From contig CAYTXG010000006.1 in the NCBI GenBank assembly GCA_964441025.1, positions 32,829-96,828 of the forward strand: DNA of 64,000 nt. Direction: 5' to 3'. The notes beneath the pieces were generated by a model. It worked only from the letters and a program-made list of their open reading frames with translations. It was not told where the DNA came from and made no database searches. The first letter of the stretch is position 1. Each line of letters opens with the position of its first letter. Position numbers and translations under genes: made by a program. The stretch comes from an uncultured Syntrophomonadaceae bacterium (lineage in GTDB: Bacteria; Bacillota; Dethiobacteria; DTU022). Positions 17,231 through 26,752 of this stretch are shown here, piece after piece.

Positions 17231-17869
17231 CTAACCTCCGCTACTGATCTGCCGATAACAACGCGCTATTTCTTTAAAATCTTCCCAAACCGGCCTCTTT
17301 TTGCTGCTGTCGCGGAGCAGCGCCGCGGGATGGAAGGTGGGCATGCAGCGGCGCCCCTCAATAGTGTACCAGCGCCCCCGCAGGCGGGTCAGTGATTCGC
17401 TGCCGCCGATCAGGTTCCGCGTGGCCAGGGCGCCCAGGCAAACTATGAGCGTGGGATTAATCAGGCGGATCTGCTCTTTAAGGTGAAGCAAACACTGCGC
17501 CGCTTCGCCGGTTTCGGGGAGGCGGTTGCCGGGAGGACGGCACTTGACCACATTGGTGATATAAAGCTCTTCCCGTTTCAGCCCCGCCGCCTCCAGGATG
17601 CGGTCAAGGAGCCTGCCCGCCGTTCCCACAAAGGGCTTGCCGAGGCGATCTTCCTCCGCGCCGGGGCCTTCACCCACCAGCATGAGCCCGGCTCTTGGGC
17701 TGCCCTCACCGAATACAACCTGGCGGCAGCCGGATCTCAGGACGCAAAGGTTGCAAGAGCGGCACCTTTTTTCCAGCCCGGCCAGTTCAAGCTCTATATC
17801 CTTCTCCCCTGAGCCGCCTTCAACCCTGTCCAGATAATCGAAGAGCGTTTGCTGGTTGTTCTCCTTCAA
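17231..17869 (-). CDS. Uracil-DNA glycosylase, family 4 (4Fe-4S type)
   Basis: It has a Cys cluster (CRSCNLC), GEGPGAEEDRLGKPFVG (the family 4 active-site motif GEAPG), and HPAALLR near the C-terminus. It sits 6 nt upstream of the RR gene. Confidence 0.85.
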   Translation of the reverse strand: MKENNQQTLFDYLDRVEGGSGEKDIELELAGLEKRCRSCNLCVLRSGCRQVVFGEGSPRAGLMLVGEGPGAEEDRLGKPFVGTAGRLLDRILEAAGLKREELYITNVVKCRPPGNRLPETGEAAQCLLHLKEQIRLINPTLIVCLGALATRNLIGGSESLTRLRGRWYTIEGRRCMPTFHPAALLRDSSKKRPVWEDFKEIARCYRQISSGG

Positions 17870-17924
17870 CAGCCCTCACCTCGTAAAGTAATTCCCCACG
17901 GCCCTTACAGCTTCCTGCCTTTCT

Positions 17925-19073
17925 CTAATTTGGGATCATCTCTTCGGCGGCGCCAACAGCTGATCCTCTTTTCAGCGGGTAACCGAGCGATTGCAAAACC
18001 ATCTCCAGGGCGGCGATACCGGCCAGCACATCAAAATAGCCCACCGCTCCCAGGTGGCCTACACGAAACATCTTCCCCTCCAGCGCACCCTGGCCGCCGG
18101 CAATCTCCACCTCGAAACGATCACGCATCTCCGCCTGAAGCCTATCCTCCTTTACCCCGGGAGGGTTCATGACTGCCGTCACCGTGGGTGAGGCAAAGCG
18201 CTCCTCCTTAACCAGCAACTCCAATCCCAGCGCCCGCACTGCAGCCCGCACTGCCGAAGCCATGCACCGGTGCCTGATATAACAGTTTTCCCGCCCTTCG
18301 GAAAAATAAATCTGCAGCGCCTCCCGTAGGGCGACAAACTGGGGCAAAGCGGGCGTGAAGGGAGTTTGCCCTTTTTGCAGCAGTTTTTCAGCCGTCTGAA
18401 GATTGAAATAGTATTTCGGCATCGCGGAGCTTGCCGCCGCCCGCCAGGCCCTCTCCCCGGCGCTGATGAAAGAAATCCCCGGAGGGAGCTGAAGGGCTTT
18501 CTGGGAGGCGGTAAAACAGACATCAATGCCCAGCCGGTCTACAGGGATGTCAACGGCGCCCATGGAACTGACAGTGTCAACCATGAGCAGGGCAGGATGA
18601 TCGCCTCGCATACGGCTGATCGCTTCCAGATCATTGATCATTCCGGTGGAGGATTCGTTGTGGACAACTGTAATCGCGCGAACAGTTCTGTTTTTGTCTT
18701 TCCGCAGCTTCGCTTCAAAACTGTCGTAGTCCAGGGGCTGCCCCCAGGGGGTTTCCATACGTTCAACGCTCCCCCCGTACACGGCGGCAATCTTTGCAAA
18801 GCGGTCCCCAAAAGATCCGTTGACAAGCGATACAATCCTGTCGCCCGGAGACAAAAAATTTACAACAGCCGCTTCCATGGCCCCTGTTCCCGAAGCGGTC
18901 AGCATAAAAAGGCGGGCTTCGGTCTGGAAAATTTCCTTCAAAGAGGCGGTCAGTTCTGCGATAAGTTCTGCAAAGCGGGGTCCGCGGTGGTTGAACATCT
19001 CCGCGGACATGACCTGCGCCACCCTGTGGGGAACGGGTGTCGGGCCGGGAATCAGCAGATAGTTACTGGGCAT
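17925..19073 (-). CDS. Class V aminotransferase (alanine-glyoxylate / serine-pyruvate / archaeal-type phosphoserine aminotransferase-like)
   Basis: LLIPGPTPVPHRVAQ...TGMINDL...TASQKALQLPPG carries the PLP-Lys motif of the AGXT family. I chose the start at MPSNYLLIPGP (GAGGAG upstream). The track ORF extends to 19271. Confidence 0.8.
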   Translation of the reverse strand: MPSNYLLIPGPTPVPHRVAQVMSAEMFNHRGPRFAELIAELTASLKEIFQTEARLFMLTASGTGAMEAAVVNFLSPGDRIVSLVNGSFGDRFAKIAAVYGGSVERMETPWGQPLDYDSFEAKLRKDKNRTVRAITVVHNESSTGMINDLEAISRMRGDHPALLMVDTVSSMGAVDIPVDRLGIDVCFTASQKALQLPPGISFISAGERAWRAAASSAMPKYYFNLQTAEKLLQKGQTPFTPALPQFVALREALQIYFSEGRENCYIRHRCMASAVRAAVRALGLELLVKEERFASPTVTAVMNPPGVKEDRLQAEMRDRFEVEIAGGQGALEGKMFRVGHLGAVGYFDVLAGIAALEMVLQSLGYPLKRGSAVGAAEEMIPN

Positions 19074-19110
19074 TCTCGATTGCAACTCCTCTTCTTTTAA
19101 TCTTTCTTTT

Positions 19111-20256
19111 CTACTCCGGCGGGGCGGTACGCAGCCCCCGGCGGCGGGCAAATCTGTCCTCCGCCAGTTCCAGCAGCCGGCTGACCAGATCGCGGAAGCC
19201 AATCCCGCTAACCTCCCACAGCTTGGGATACATGCTGATGATGGTGAATCCGGGCATAGTGTTGATCTCATTGATCATAATCGACTCCGCCTCCGGATTG
19301 ACGAAAAAATCGACGCGGGCCAGCCCGCTGGCCTCAACGGAGGTAAAGGCGCGGCAGGCCAGCTCCTGGATCTTTGCTTCAAGCCCCGGAGGCAGATCCG
19401 CTGGATAGATCAGCTCTGAGCGATCATCGAGGTACTTGGCTTTATAATCGTAAAATTCGTTGCAGGGGATAATTTCTCCCGCCCGTGAAGCCCGGGGCTC
19501 CAGATCACCCAGAACGCTGCATTCTATCTCCCTGCCCTTGAGTTCCCCCTCAACAATAACCTTGTCGTCATAACGCAGGGCTTCCTCAATGGCAACGGCC
19601 AGACGGGCCGCATCTGAAACCCTGGTTATACCCACACTGGAGCCGAGATTGGCTGGCTTGACAAAACAGGGCAGTTTCAGCTCCCGGCAGATCCGCCCCA
19701 CCAGAAGGGAGGCTTTGCAGCGCCATTCCCAACGGGTGAAATAGAGATAAGGGCCCACCGGTAAACCGTGCTTCAGAAAGAGCATTTTCATCACCGTTTT
19801 ATCCATGGCCACCGCTGACGAGAGCACCCCGCACCCCACGTAGGGAATTCCGGAAAGTTCAAGCAAACCCTGTATGGTTCCATCCTCGCCATAGGGACCG
19901 TGCAAAACGGGAAAGACCAGATCAAGGTGCTGAAATCCCCACGAATCAGGCCAACCCTTATTTTCAACCAGCAGGCCCGGCCGGCGGGGATCAGTCAACA
20001 TCACCGCCCTCTGAAGGCCCTGCAGATCTCCCCGTTCCCGGAGCAGGCTCCAGGCCTCGCTGCCCGTGAACCAGGTTCCCTCCCTGCTAATGCCGATGGG
20101 AATTATTCTGTAACGCTCCCCGTCAATCGCCTCCATAATCGAGCGCGCTGATTTTAACGAGACAACATGCTCCCCGGAACTGCCCCCGAAGATCACGGCA
20201 ACTGTTTTTCGATTCAAGGCTTCCTGTCCTCCCAGGTTAGATTTGCGGCTGAACAT
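19111..20256 (-). CDS. ddl: D-alanine--D-alanine ligase
   Basis: KTVAVIFGGSSGEHVVSLKSARSI... is the N-terminal signature. ...VFPVLHGPYGEDGTIQGLLELSGIPYVG... and the ATP-grasp C-terminus (...INEINTMPGFT) match Ddl. The start may lie slightly downstream of the track start. Confidence 0.88.
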   Translation of the reverse strand: MFSRKSNLGGQEALNRKTVAVIFGGSSGEHVVSLKSARSIMEAIDGERYRIIPIGISREGTWFTGSEAWSLLRERGDLQGLQRAVMLTDPRRPGLLVENKGWPDSWGFQHLDLVFPVLHGPYGEDGTIQGLLELSGIPYVGCGVLSSAVAMDKTVMKMLFLKHGLPVGPYLYFTRWEWRCKASLLVGRICRELKLPCFVKPANLGSSVGITRVSDAARLAVAIEEALRYDDKVIVEGELKGREIECSVLGDLEPRASRAGEIIPCNEFYDYKAKYLDDRSELIYPADLPPGLEAKIQELACRAFTSVEASGLARVDFFVNPEAESIMINEINTMPGFTIISMYPKLWEVSGIGFRDLVSRLLELAEDRFARRRGLRTAPPE

Positions 20257-20388
20257 TCGCTCTGCAAAAACCGGTCCAGGTAAAATTTATTTTTCATTAT
20301 ATCATAATATGATCATCCCATTTATTTGAATACCCGGGGGCACCGGCCCTTGCATGCCCGCCCCGGCGGTTTTGGATAAACCTTGAAT

Positions 20389-20417
20389 TTGTCTCCGCGT
20401 TCAAGAAGGTTTATAAT
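20389..20417 (+). promoter_or_regulatory. Sigma-A promoter for the ATP-grasp gene
   Basis: TTGTCT, a 17-nt spacer, then TATAAT. It is followed by GGAGGG and a GTG start at 20450. Confidence 0.5.
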
Positions 20418-20449
20418 CAAAAGCGAACATTTCGCTGAGGAGGGATCCA

Positions 20450-21712
20450 GTGCTGCCTGCATCAGTTATTCTCGGAGCAAACTTTTATACTCCTCTCGGA
20501 GCCATCCGTACCCTGGGACGCCGCGGCGTCAGGGTCTATGCTTTTGACTATCATTTTCCCTCTGCTTACGCCCTTTCCTCAAAATATGTCTTTAAAAAAG
20601 TGCTCTGCCCCGATGTAAACAAAGATGAAAAGGGGCTGGCCGGCTTCCTGCTTGACTTTGGAAAGCAGTTCGCAGATCGGCCGGTGCTGATGGCGGGCCA
20701 TGACAATTACGCCCTCCTGATCTCACGCTATGCAGAGGAGCTGTCCAGATATTACCGGATTCCCCAAAACCCTCCGGGACTGCTCGAGGAGATCATCAAC
20801 AAGAAAGGGCTGTACCGTATAGCCCAAAAACTCGGTCTGCGAATGCCCCTTTCTTTTTTCGTGGAGAGCAATACTGACCTCTCAGGGGTGGCGGAGCAGA
20901 TGCACTTCCCCTGCATGATCAAGCCGGCGCTGTCCCACGAGTTTGTGCGCCTTTTCCGGAGCAAGTGCCTTATCGCCGGCGACAGGGACTCTTTGAGCAG
21001 CGCCCTGGCCCGGGCGCGGGCCGCCGGCCTTGAGATAATGGTTCAGGAGATCATCCCCGGTTTTGACGACTGCATGTATGTTTTTGACACCTATATCAAT
21101 ACTGAGGGCCGGGCCACGCACACCCTTACCGCGCAGAAACTGCGCCAGTTCCCCATTAATTTTGGCTCCTCCACCCTGACCCATCACTGCTGCGATGCCG
21201 AGATTACCGCCCTGGGTCTCGAGTACATGCGGCTTATCGGCTACCGCGGCTACGGTGAAATCGAATTCAAGCGGCATCCCGTCACCGGGGATCTCTACAT
21301 GATCGAAATAAATGCCCGCTTAAGCAGCCTGAATGCTCTTTTTGACAAATGCGGCGTAGAGTTCGCCTATATCCATTACCGGGATCTTATCGGTAGACCG
21401 CTGCCCGATCACCACCCCGAAGAAGAGAAACCCTGGGCCTTCTGGCATGCCTATGAAGATATTTTCAGCACCAGGGCTTACCTGAAAAGCCGCCAGCTCC
21501 GCTGCAAAGAGATCCTCCGCCCCTGGCTGAGCCACCACAAAGCCCATGCCCTCTGGGCCGCCGATGATCCAAAGCCTTTATTTTCCTTCGGCAGGGTGCT
21601 CTTGATGAAGCTGCTCAAAAAGGCAGGCGGGCTGTTCAGGCGGATTTTCCCCTCTCTGGGGGCAGCCGCCGGGGAAAAAAAGGAGCCCTCCCTATCAAAA
21701 AGGGAGGCTTAA
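20450..21712 (+). CDS. ATP-grasp family carboxylate-amine ligase (D-aspartate ligase / PylC-like)
   Basis: 420 aa. The pre-ATP-grasp and ATP-grasp motifs are IGYRGYGEIEFKRHPVTGDLYMIEINAR and EIMVQEIIPG. Confidence 0.75.
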   Translation: MLPASVILGANFYTPLGAIRTLGRRGVRVYAFDYHFPSAYALSSKYVFKKVLCPDVNKDEKGLAGFLLDFGKQFADRPVLMAGHDNYALLISRYAEELSRYYRIPQNPPGLLEEIINKKGLYRIAQKLGLRMPLSFFVESNTDLSGVAEQMHFPCMIKPALSHEFVRLFRSKCLIAGDRDSLSSALARARAAGLEIMVQEIIPGFDDCMYVFDTYINTEGRATHTLTAQKLRQFPINFGSSTLTHHCCDAEITALGLEYMRLIGYRGYGEIEFKRHPVTGDLYMIEINARLSSLNALFDKCGVEFAYIHYRDLIGRPLPDHHPEEEKPWAFWHAYEDIFSTRAYLKSRQLRCKEILRPWLSHHKAHALWAADDPKPLFSFGRVLLMKLLKKAGGLFRRIFPSLGAAAGEKKEPSLSKREA

Positions 21713-22780
21713 GGCGGCGCCCCTACCGGCTTTAATCATCCGCATTGCCGAATCATAGAATAAGGGAAAGAGGCGCCGCCAGATCCAGTAGTATGCCCGG
21801 GAGAGCGCCAGATCCTGCTCGCCAATAAAGGCATGGAATTCACCGCCAAAGCTCTTTTTAAAGTGGTAAATACCGTACAGAGGGTGTGCTTCGCCTACCT
21901 CCCCGGGAACACCGTAAAAATCAAACCAGCGTGCTCCCCTGCTTTTGGCCCACCTGATCCGTTCCCAGATGAGGGCATGATAGGCATAGAGGTTCCGATA
22001 GCGATCGCTCTGGCTGCCGTAAACAGCCCAGGCCTTTCCGCCAAAGGCAAATGTAATCCCGGCGACTATAACCTCGCCCCCGAAGCGGCCCAGCGTAAGC
22101 CGGATTACCCCTTCAGGTCCCAGGATCGCGAATAGTCTGCGGTAGTAATCAGGCTTCCGGCCGACAAAGCCCCCCCGCTTCGCTGTTTTTTCCATCAGGC
22201 GTATGAACTCAGGCAGCCCTTCTTCGCCGGGGGAGAAAAACTCCAGCCCCCTGGCGGGACCGTACCTGATTTTATAGCGGATTTTTTTGGGAAAACGGTC
22301 CATGATCTCCTCAGGATCGCCGCTCAGATCGAGACGGAAGGTATAGCGCGGCTGTAACCCCCCGAAGTCATGCTCCCCCGGGGCGGGGCGGAACCCGATC
22401 CGGGAAAGCGCTGCAGCAGGCGCCGTCTGCTTCTCAGTAAGGCAGGGGTCAATTTTGATCAGAACTGCCCGGTGCTCTTCGGCCAAGTTGCGTATGCCGC
22501 TGAAGAGCTCCCTCAATACAGTTGCGTTGTTCCAATCCAGGGGCACCGGTCCGCGCGGCAGGTAGAAAATTGTTCGTTGCCCCAGGGGTATTTTACGCTT
22601 CAGGATCGAAGCCGCCGCCGCAATGCGTCCTTCCTCCTCCAGCACTGCGCGCAAAGGCTGCCAGGCTGTTTTCTTCAGTTCCCCCCACATATATGACTGA
22701 AATAAATGTCCCCCGGCAGCGGAGCGGATAAAATCATCAAAGCGCCCCGCCTCTGCCGCCGTGATCAATCTAAATTGCAC
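21695..22780 (-). CDS. FemABX-family (aminoacyl-tRNA dependent) peptidyltransferase-like protein
   Basis: 361 aa. It has a duplicated GNAT-like Fem fold (...HLFQSYMWGELK...YLPRGPV... N-terminal; ...RNLYAYHALIWERIRWAKSRGARWFDFYGV...YHFKKSFGGEF C-terminal), characteristic of FemX/FemA/MurM. Confidence 0.7.
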   Translation of the reverse strand: MQFRLITAAEAGRFDDFIRSAAGGHLFQSYMWGELKKTAWQPLRAVLEEEGRIAAAASILKRKIPLGQRTIFYLPRGPVPLDWNNATVLRELFSGIRNLAEEHRAVLIKIDPCLTEKQTAPAAALSRIGFRPAPGEHDFGGLQPRYTFRLDLSGDPEEIMDRFPKKIRYKIRYGPARGLEFFSPGEEGLPEFIRLMEKTAKRGGFVGRKPDYYRRLFAILGPEGVIRLTLGRFGGEVIVAGITFAFGGKAWAVYGSQSDRYRNLYAYHALIWERIRWAKSRGARWFDFYGVPGEVGEAHPLYGIYHFKKSFGGEFHAFIGEQDLALSRAYYWIWRRLFPLFYDSAMRMIKAGRGAALSLPF

Positions 22781-22894
22781 CAGGCTCCCCTTCTCCCTGT
22801 TCCAGTGGTTTCAGATCACTTGTTCATGGTAATGATTCCTAAAAAGATCCTGATACATCCCCGTATATTTTATACACGGAAGAGACATTTTCTC

Positions 22895-22935
22895 TCAAAA
22901 AACAGATCTCTCCCTTTTGCGGGAAAGATCTGTCT
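22895..22935 (-). terminator. Rho-independent terminator after the EF-G paralog gene
   Basis: On the minus strand, hairpin ACAGATCTTTCCC-gcaaaa-GGGAGAGATCTGT followed by TTTTTTG. Confidence 0.55.
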
Positions 22936-22962
22936 GATGCCCGGTTTTAATCCGCCCGGCTT

Positions 22963-25047
22963 TTATTCTTTCTCCTTTTCCTCTTTGGCCGCAGCAATAA
23001 CCTGTTCGGCAAACTGGTGCGGCACCTCCTCATAGTGAGAAAAGACCATGGAAAAAAATCCGCGGCCCTGTGTCATGGAGCGCAGATCTATAGAGTATCT
23101 GAACATCTCGGACATGGGAACCTGGGCCCGGACTTTCTGCAGTTCATCAGCGGATTCAACGCCCTGGATCCGCCCCCTGCGCCCGTTCAGATCGCCCATG
23201 ATATCGCCCATAAAGGTATCAGGAACAATGATATCCACATTCATCACCGGCTCCAGCAGGACCGGTTGCGCCAGCTCCATCCCCTTGCGGAACGCCATCC
23301 CCGAGGCAATTTTAAAAGCCATCTCGGAGGAATCCACGGTATGGTAAGAGCCGTCAACCAGCCTCACCCCGATATCGACTACCGGGTAACCTGCGAGTAC
23401 ACCTTCTTCCATGGCCTCGCGGATTCCTTTCTCCACAGCGGGAACATACTGCTTCGGGACCACGCCCCCGAAGATTTTATCTTCAAAGATAAGCCCCTCT
23501 CCCGGTGACAGCGGCTCCAGTTCGAGATAGACATGGCCGTACTGCCCGCGTCCGCCGGTCTGTTTTTTATGCTTGCCTTCAATCTTGACCTGGCCGCGGA
23601 TGGTCTCTTTGTACGGCACTTTCGGCGTGGACAGATCAACCTCCACCCCGAATTTCTGAGCCAGCCGGCTGACAATGATCTCCAGATGCAGTTCCCCCAG
23701 GCCTGAAATAACCGTTTGCCGTGTTTCCGCCCTCCGCTCCAGGCGAAAGGTAGGATCCTCCTCGAGGAAACGCGAAAGGCCGCTGCTGACCTTCTCCTCA
23801 TCTCCTTTTGTCTTCGGCTCCACGGCAAAAGAGATTACAGGGTCAGGGAACTCTATGGGCACAAATTGAAAGGGGCTGCTGCGGTCGCATAGTGTGTCGC
23901 CGGTGGCGGTTTGCTGCAGCTTGGCCACGGCGGCGATGTCGCCGGCCACCACCTCTTCCATCGAGATCTGGTTCTTGCCCCGCATGGAGAATATCTGTCC
24001 GACACGCTCGCTCTTCTCCTTGTTCACATTGTAGATCTGTGAATCTGGACTCATGGTCCCGGAATAGACCCTGAAATAATTGATCCGCCCCACATAGGGA
24101 TCTGCCAGGGTTTTATAAACCAGCGCGGCAAAGGGTTCATCGGGGGAAATATTTCGGCTAACCTTCTCTTCGCTACCCGGTAGGATCCCGTCGATCTCCC
24201 CTCGATCAAGGGGTGAGGGCATGTACGTCTTTATGAAATCCAAAAGCGGTCCGCTGCCGTAGTTTTTTGTCGCCGCACCGCAGAGCACTGGGATGATCTT
24301 GCGCTCAGAGATGCCGCGGCGCAGCGCCAGCAGGATCTCTTCTCGATCCAGGGTTTCGCCTTCAAGGTATTTAAGCAGGAGCTCATCTTCTGTTTCCGCC
24401 GCCGCCTCGATCAGTTTTTCCCGGAGGGTTTTCGCCTCTCCGCGCAGCTCCTCTGGGATTTCGGCCTCTTCGATCTTTTTCCCCTCATCTGAAAAATAAA
24501 ATGCCTTCTCTTCAACAAGATCAACCAGGCCTTTGAAGTTTTCTTCCTTTCCAATGGGCAGCTGCACCGGAACCACTTTGATGCCGAAATGTTTCTGCAG
24601 CTGAGCCAGGGTCCCTTCAAAATCAGCGTTCTCCCGATCCAGTTTGTTGATCAGAACAAGGCGGGGCAGCTCAAAATCATCGGCATATTGCCAGACCTTC
24701 TCTGTGCCCACTTCAACACCGGAAACGGCGCAGACAACCACTGCGACGCAGTCGACTACGCGCAGCGCTCCAAGCAGATCCCCGATAAAGTCAAAATAAC
24801 CGGGCGTATCCAGAAGATTCACCTTAACCCCATTCCATTCCAGGGGAGCAAGGCCCACATTGATTGTTACCTGCCTTTTGATCTCATCAGGATCATAATC
24901 TGTGGTTGTGGTACCCGCCTCGATATTCCCCAGGCGGTTAACGGCCCCGCCGCTAAAAAGAAGAGCCTCGGCAAGGGAAGTTTTCCCGGCGCCTCCGTGA
25001 GAAATTAAAGCAATGTTGCGGATTGCTTCGCTGGGGTACTTTTTCAA
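22963..25047 (-). CDS. Elongation factor G paralog (EF-G2-like translational GTPase)
   Basis: 694 aa. The G-domain motifs are ISHGGAGKTS (G1), DTPGYFDF (G3) and NKLDR (G4). EF-G domains II to V are conserved, but the N-terminus and G1 differ from canonical FusA (AHIDAGKTT). Confidence 0.8.
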   Translation of the reverse strand: MKKYPSEAIRNIALISHGGAGKTSLAEALLFSGGAVNRLGNIEAGTTTTDYDPDEIKRQVTINVGLAPLEWNGVKVNLLDTPGYFDFIGDLLGALRVVDCVAVVVCAVSGVEVGTEKVWQYADDFELPRLVLINKLDRENADFEGTLAQLQKHFGIKVVPVQLPIGKEENFKGLVDLVEEKAFYFSDEGKKIEEAEIPEELRGEAKTLREKLIEAAAETEDELLLKYLEGETLDREEILLALRRGISERKIIPVLCGAATKNYGSGPLLDFIKTYMPSPLDRGEIDGILPGSEEKVSRNISPDEPFAALVYKTLADPYVGRINYFRVYSGTMSPDSQIYNVNKEKSERVGQIFSMRGKNQISMEEVVAGDIAAVAKLQQTATGDTLCDRSSPFQFVPIEFPDPVISFAVEPKTKGDEEKVSSGLSRFLEEDPTFRLERRAETRQTVISGLGELHLEIIVSRLAQKFGVEVDLSTPKVPYKETIRGQVKIEGKHKKQTGGRGQYGHVYLELEPLSPGEGLIFEDKIFGGVVPKQYVPAVEKGIREAMEEGVLAGYPVVDIGVRLVDGSYHTVDSSEMAFKIASGMAFRKGMELAQPVLLEPVMNVDIIVPDTFMGDIMGDLNGRRGRIQGVESADELQKVRAQVPMSEMFRYSIDLRSMTQGRGFFSMVFSHYEEVPHQFAEQVIAAAKEEKEKE

Positions 25048-25225
25048 ATCATCGCCTCCTCCGTGCTGCCCGCGCAGCCGGTATCTTCATCCATCAAAGC
25101 CGCCCGGCCCGGAGGACCGGGGCGCTCCAAAAATGTTATGCATACATATTATTATAGCTGATCGGGGGAAAATTGAAAACTGTGCTGCGCGGCGGCGGTG
25201 CCCGGATCCTCCGGCCCGCTTTCGC

Positions 25226-26707
25226 TTAAACGGGATAGATTATCTCATCATCGTCCCGCCAAACCAGGTCATGGTCAATGCCGGCTGTTTTTATGATCCT
25301 GCGATCCGCTTCTTCGGTAAAAAGTCCTATTGCCGCTCCCTCCTCCGGACCCGCCAGCGGTGGGAGCAGCCCCCTGCGCCTCTTGAAAAAGTCAAGTGCA
25401 ACATTGGGAAACAAGATATAGGACAACAGATCCTCCTCCTGTGTCATATACTCCTCAATTTCCCGCCGTGCTTCGGGAAGCTGCGGCGGAATAAGATCGG
25501 CAGGCCTGACGGTAACCGGTTTTTCCTCCCCCAGCACCTGACTCAAGATTTCCGGGTTGATTTCACCCGGCGCCCGCCCGTAAAGGCCGCGCAGGTAGTT
25601 CTTCAACTCCGTGGAGACCATTTTGTAACGCTTCCCCAGCACCACGTTGACCACTGCCTGTGTGCCCACGATCTGGCTGCTCGGCGTCACCAGAGGAGGA
25701 TAGCCCAGATCAGCCCGTACGCGGGGCACCTCTTCAAGCACTTCAGGCAGGAGTGAAAGGGCATCCTGTTCCGCCAGCTGTGAAGTGAGGTTGGAGATCA
25801 TCCCCCCCGGGATTTGGTACCGGAGGACATCCGTATCCACCCCCATGATTACCTCGCGTGGTATATCATGCTTGCGGCCGGCCTCCTTAAAATGATCGCT
25901 GATCCGGGCCAGGAGCTGCAGATCCAACCCTGTATCATAAGGCGTGCCGCGCAGGGCAGCCACAATGCTGTCCGTAGGGGGCTGGCTTGTTCCCAGCGAG
26001 AGGGCCGCACTGGCAGTATCAACAACGCCGGCGCCGGCTTCAATTCCCTTGAGATAGGCCATTGAAGCCATCCCGCTGGTGTAGTGGCAGTGCAGCTGGA
26101 CCGGCAGCCCTACCTCTTCCTTCAGCCGCCTGACCAGCTCATAAGCGTCTGCCGGCGAGAGTAAACCGGCCATATCCTTGATGCATATTGAGTCCGCATC
26201 CATCTCCCTGAATTTCGCCGCCAGGTTGACAAAATAGGTTATATCATGCAGCGGGCTGATGGTATAGCTCAGCGCCGCCTGTACATGGACCCCTTCCTCT
26301 TTTGCTGCGCCCATGGCCTGTTCCATGTTGCGGGGATCATTCAGCGCATCAAAAATTCGGATGATATCGATGCCGTTGCCCACCGCCCTCTTGATAAATT
26401 CCTGTACAACATCGTCGGCATAGTGACGGTAACCGACAATATTCTGACCCCGCAGAAGCATCTGCAGCCTGGTGCGGCGGAACACGCGGCGCAAGCGGCG
26501 CAGCCTCTCCCAGGGGTCTTCATCCAGAAACCGCATGCAGGCATCAAAAGTTGCCCCGCCCCAGACCTCCAGTGAGTGATAGCCAGCCCCGTCCATCAGC
26601 CCGGCCACGGGTAGCATTTCCTCCAGGCGCATCCGTGTAGCCAGGAGAGACTGATGGGCGTCGCGCAGGGTAGTATCGGTTATGCCAATTCCTTTTTGCT
26701 CTTTCAT
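25226..26707 (-). CDS. Carboxyltransferase, transcarboxylase-5S / OadA / PycB-like, lacking a biotinyl domain
   Basis: It has an HMGL-like TIM barrel (ITDTTLRDAHQSLLATRM...HCHYTSGMASMAYLKGIEAGAGVVDT). The C-terminus has no E(A/V)MKM biotin-attachment motif. Confidence 0.75.
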   Translation of the reverse strand: MKEQKGIGITDTTLRDAHQSLLATRMRLEEMLPVAGLMDGAGYHSLEVWGGATFDACMRFLDEDPWERLRRLRRVFRRTRLQMLLRGQNIVGYRHYADDVVQEFIKRAVGNGIDIIRIFDALNDPRNMEQAMGAAKEEGVHVQAALSYTISPLHDITYFVNLAAKFREMDADSICIKDMAGLLSPADAYELVRRLKEEVGLPVQLHCHYTSGMASMAYLKGIEAGAGVVDTASAALSLGTSQPPTDSIVAALRGTPYDTGLDLQLLARISDHFKEAGRKHDIPREVIMGVDTDVLRYQIPGGMISNLTSQLAEQDALSLLPEVLEEVPRVRADLGYPPLVTPSSQIVGTQAVVNVVLGKRYKMVSTELKNYLRGLYGRAPGEINPEILSQVLGEEKPVTVRPADLIPPQLPEARREIEEYMTQEEDLLSYILFPNVALDFFKRRRGLLPPLAGPEEGAAIGLFTEEADRRIIKTAGIDHDLVWRDDDEIIYPV

Positions 26708-26752
26708 GGTGTAGCCCTCCTGCTTTTCATCAATACGACAACGAAATGTTTT

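Noticed and set aside
18366-19100. 244-aa plus-strand ORF
   Set aside because: It is antisense inside the class V aminotransferase gene.
20257-20449. Possible riboswitch or T-box in the ddl / ATP-grasp divergent intergenic region
   Set aside because: Only a sigma-A-like promoter and a small hairpin (GCGAACATTTCGC) were seen. There is no specifier-loop or T-box AGGGUGGNACCGCG-like sequence, and the region is too short.
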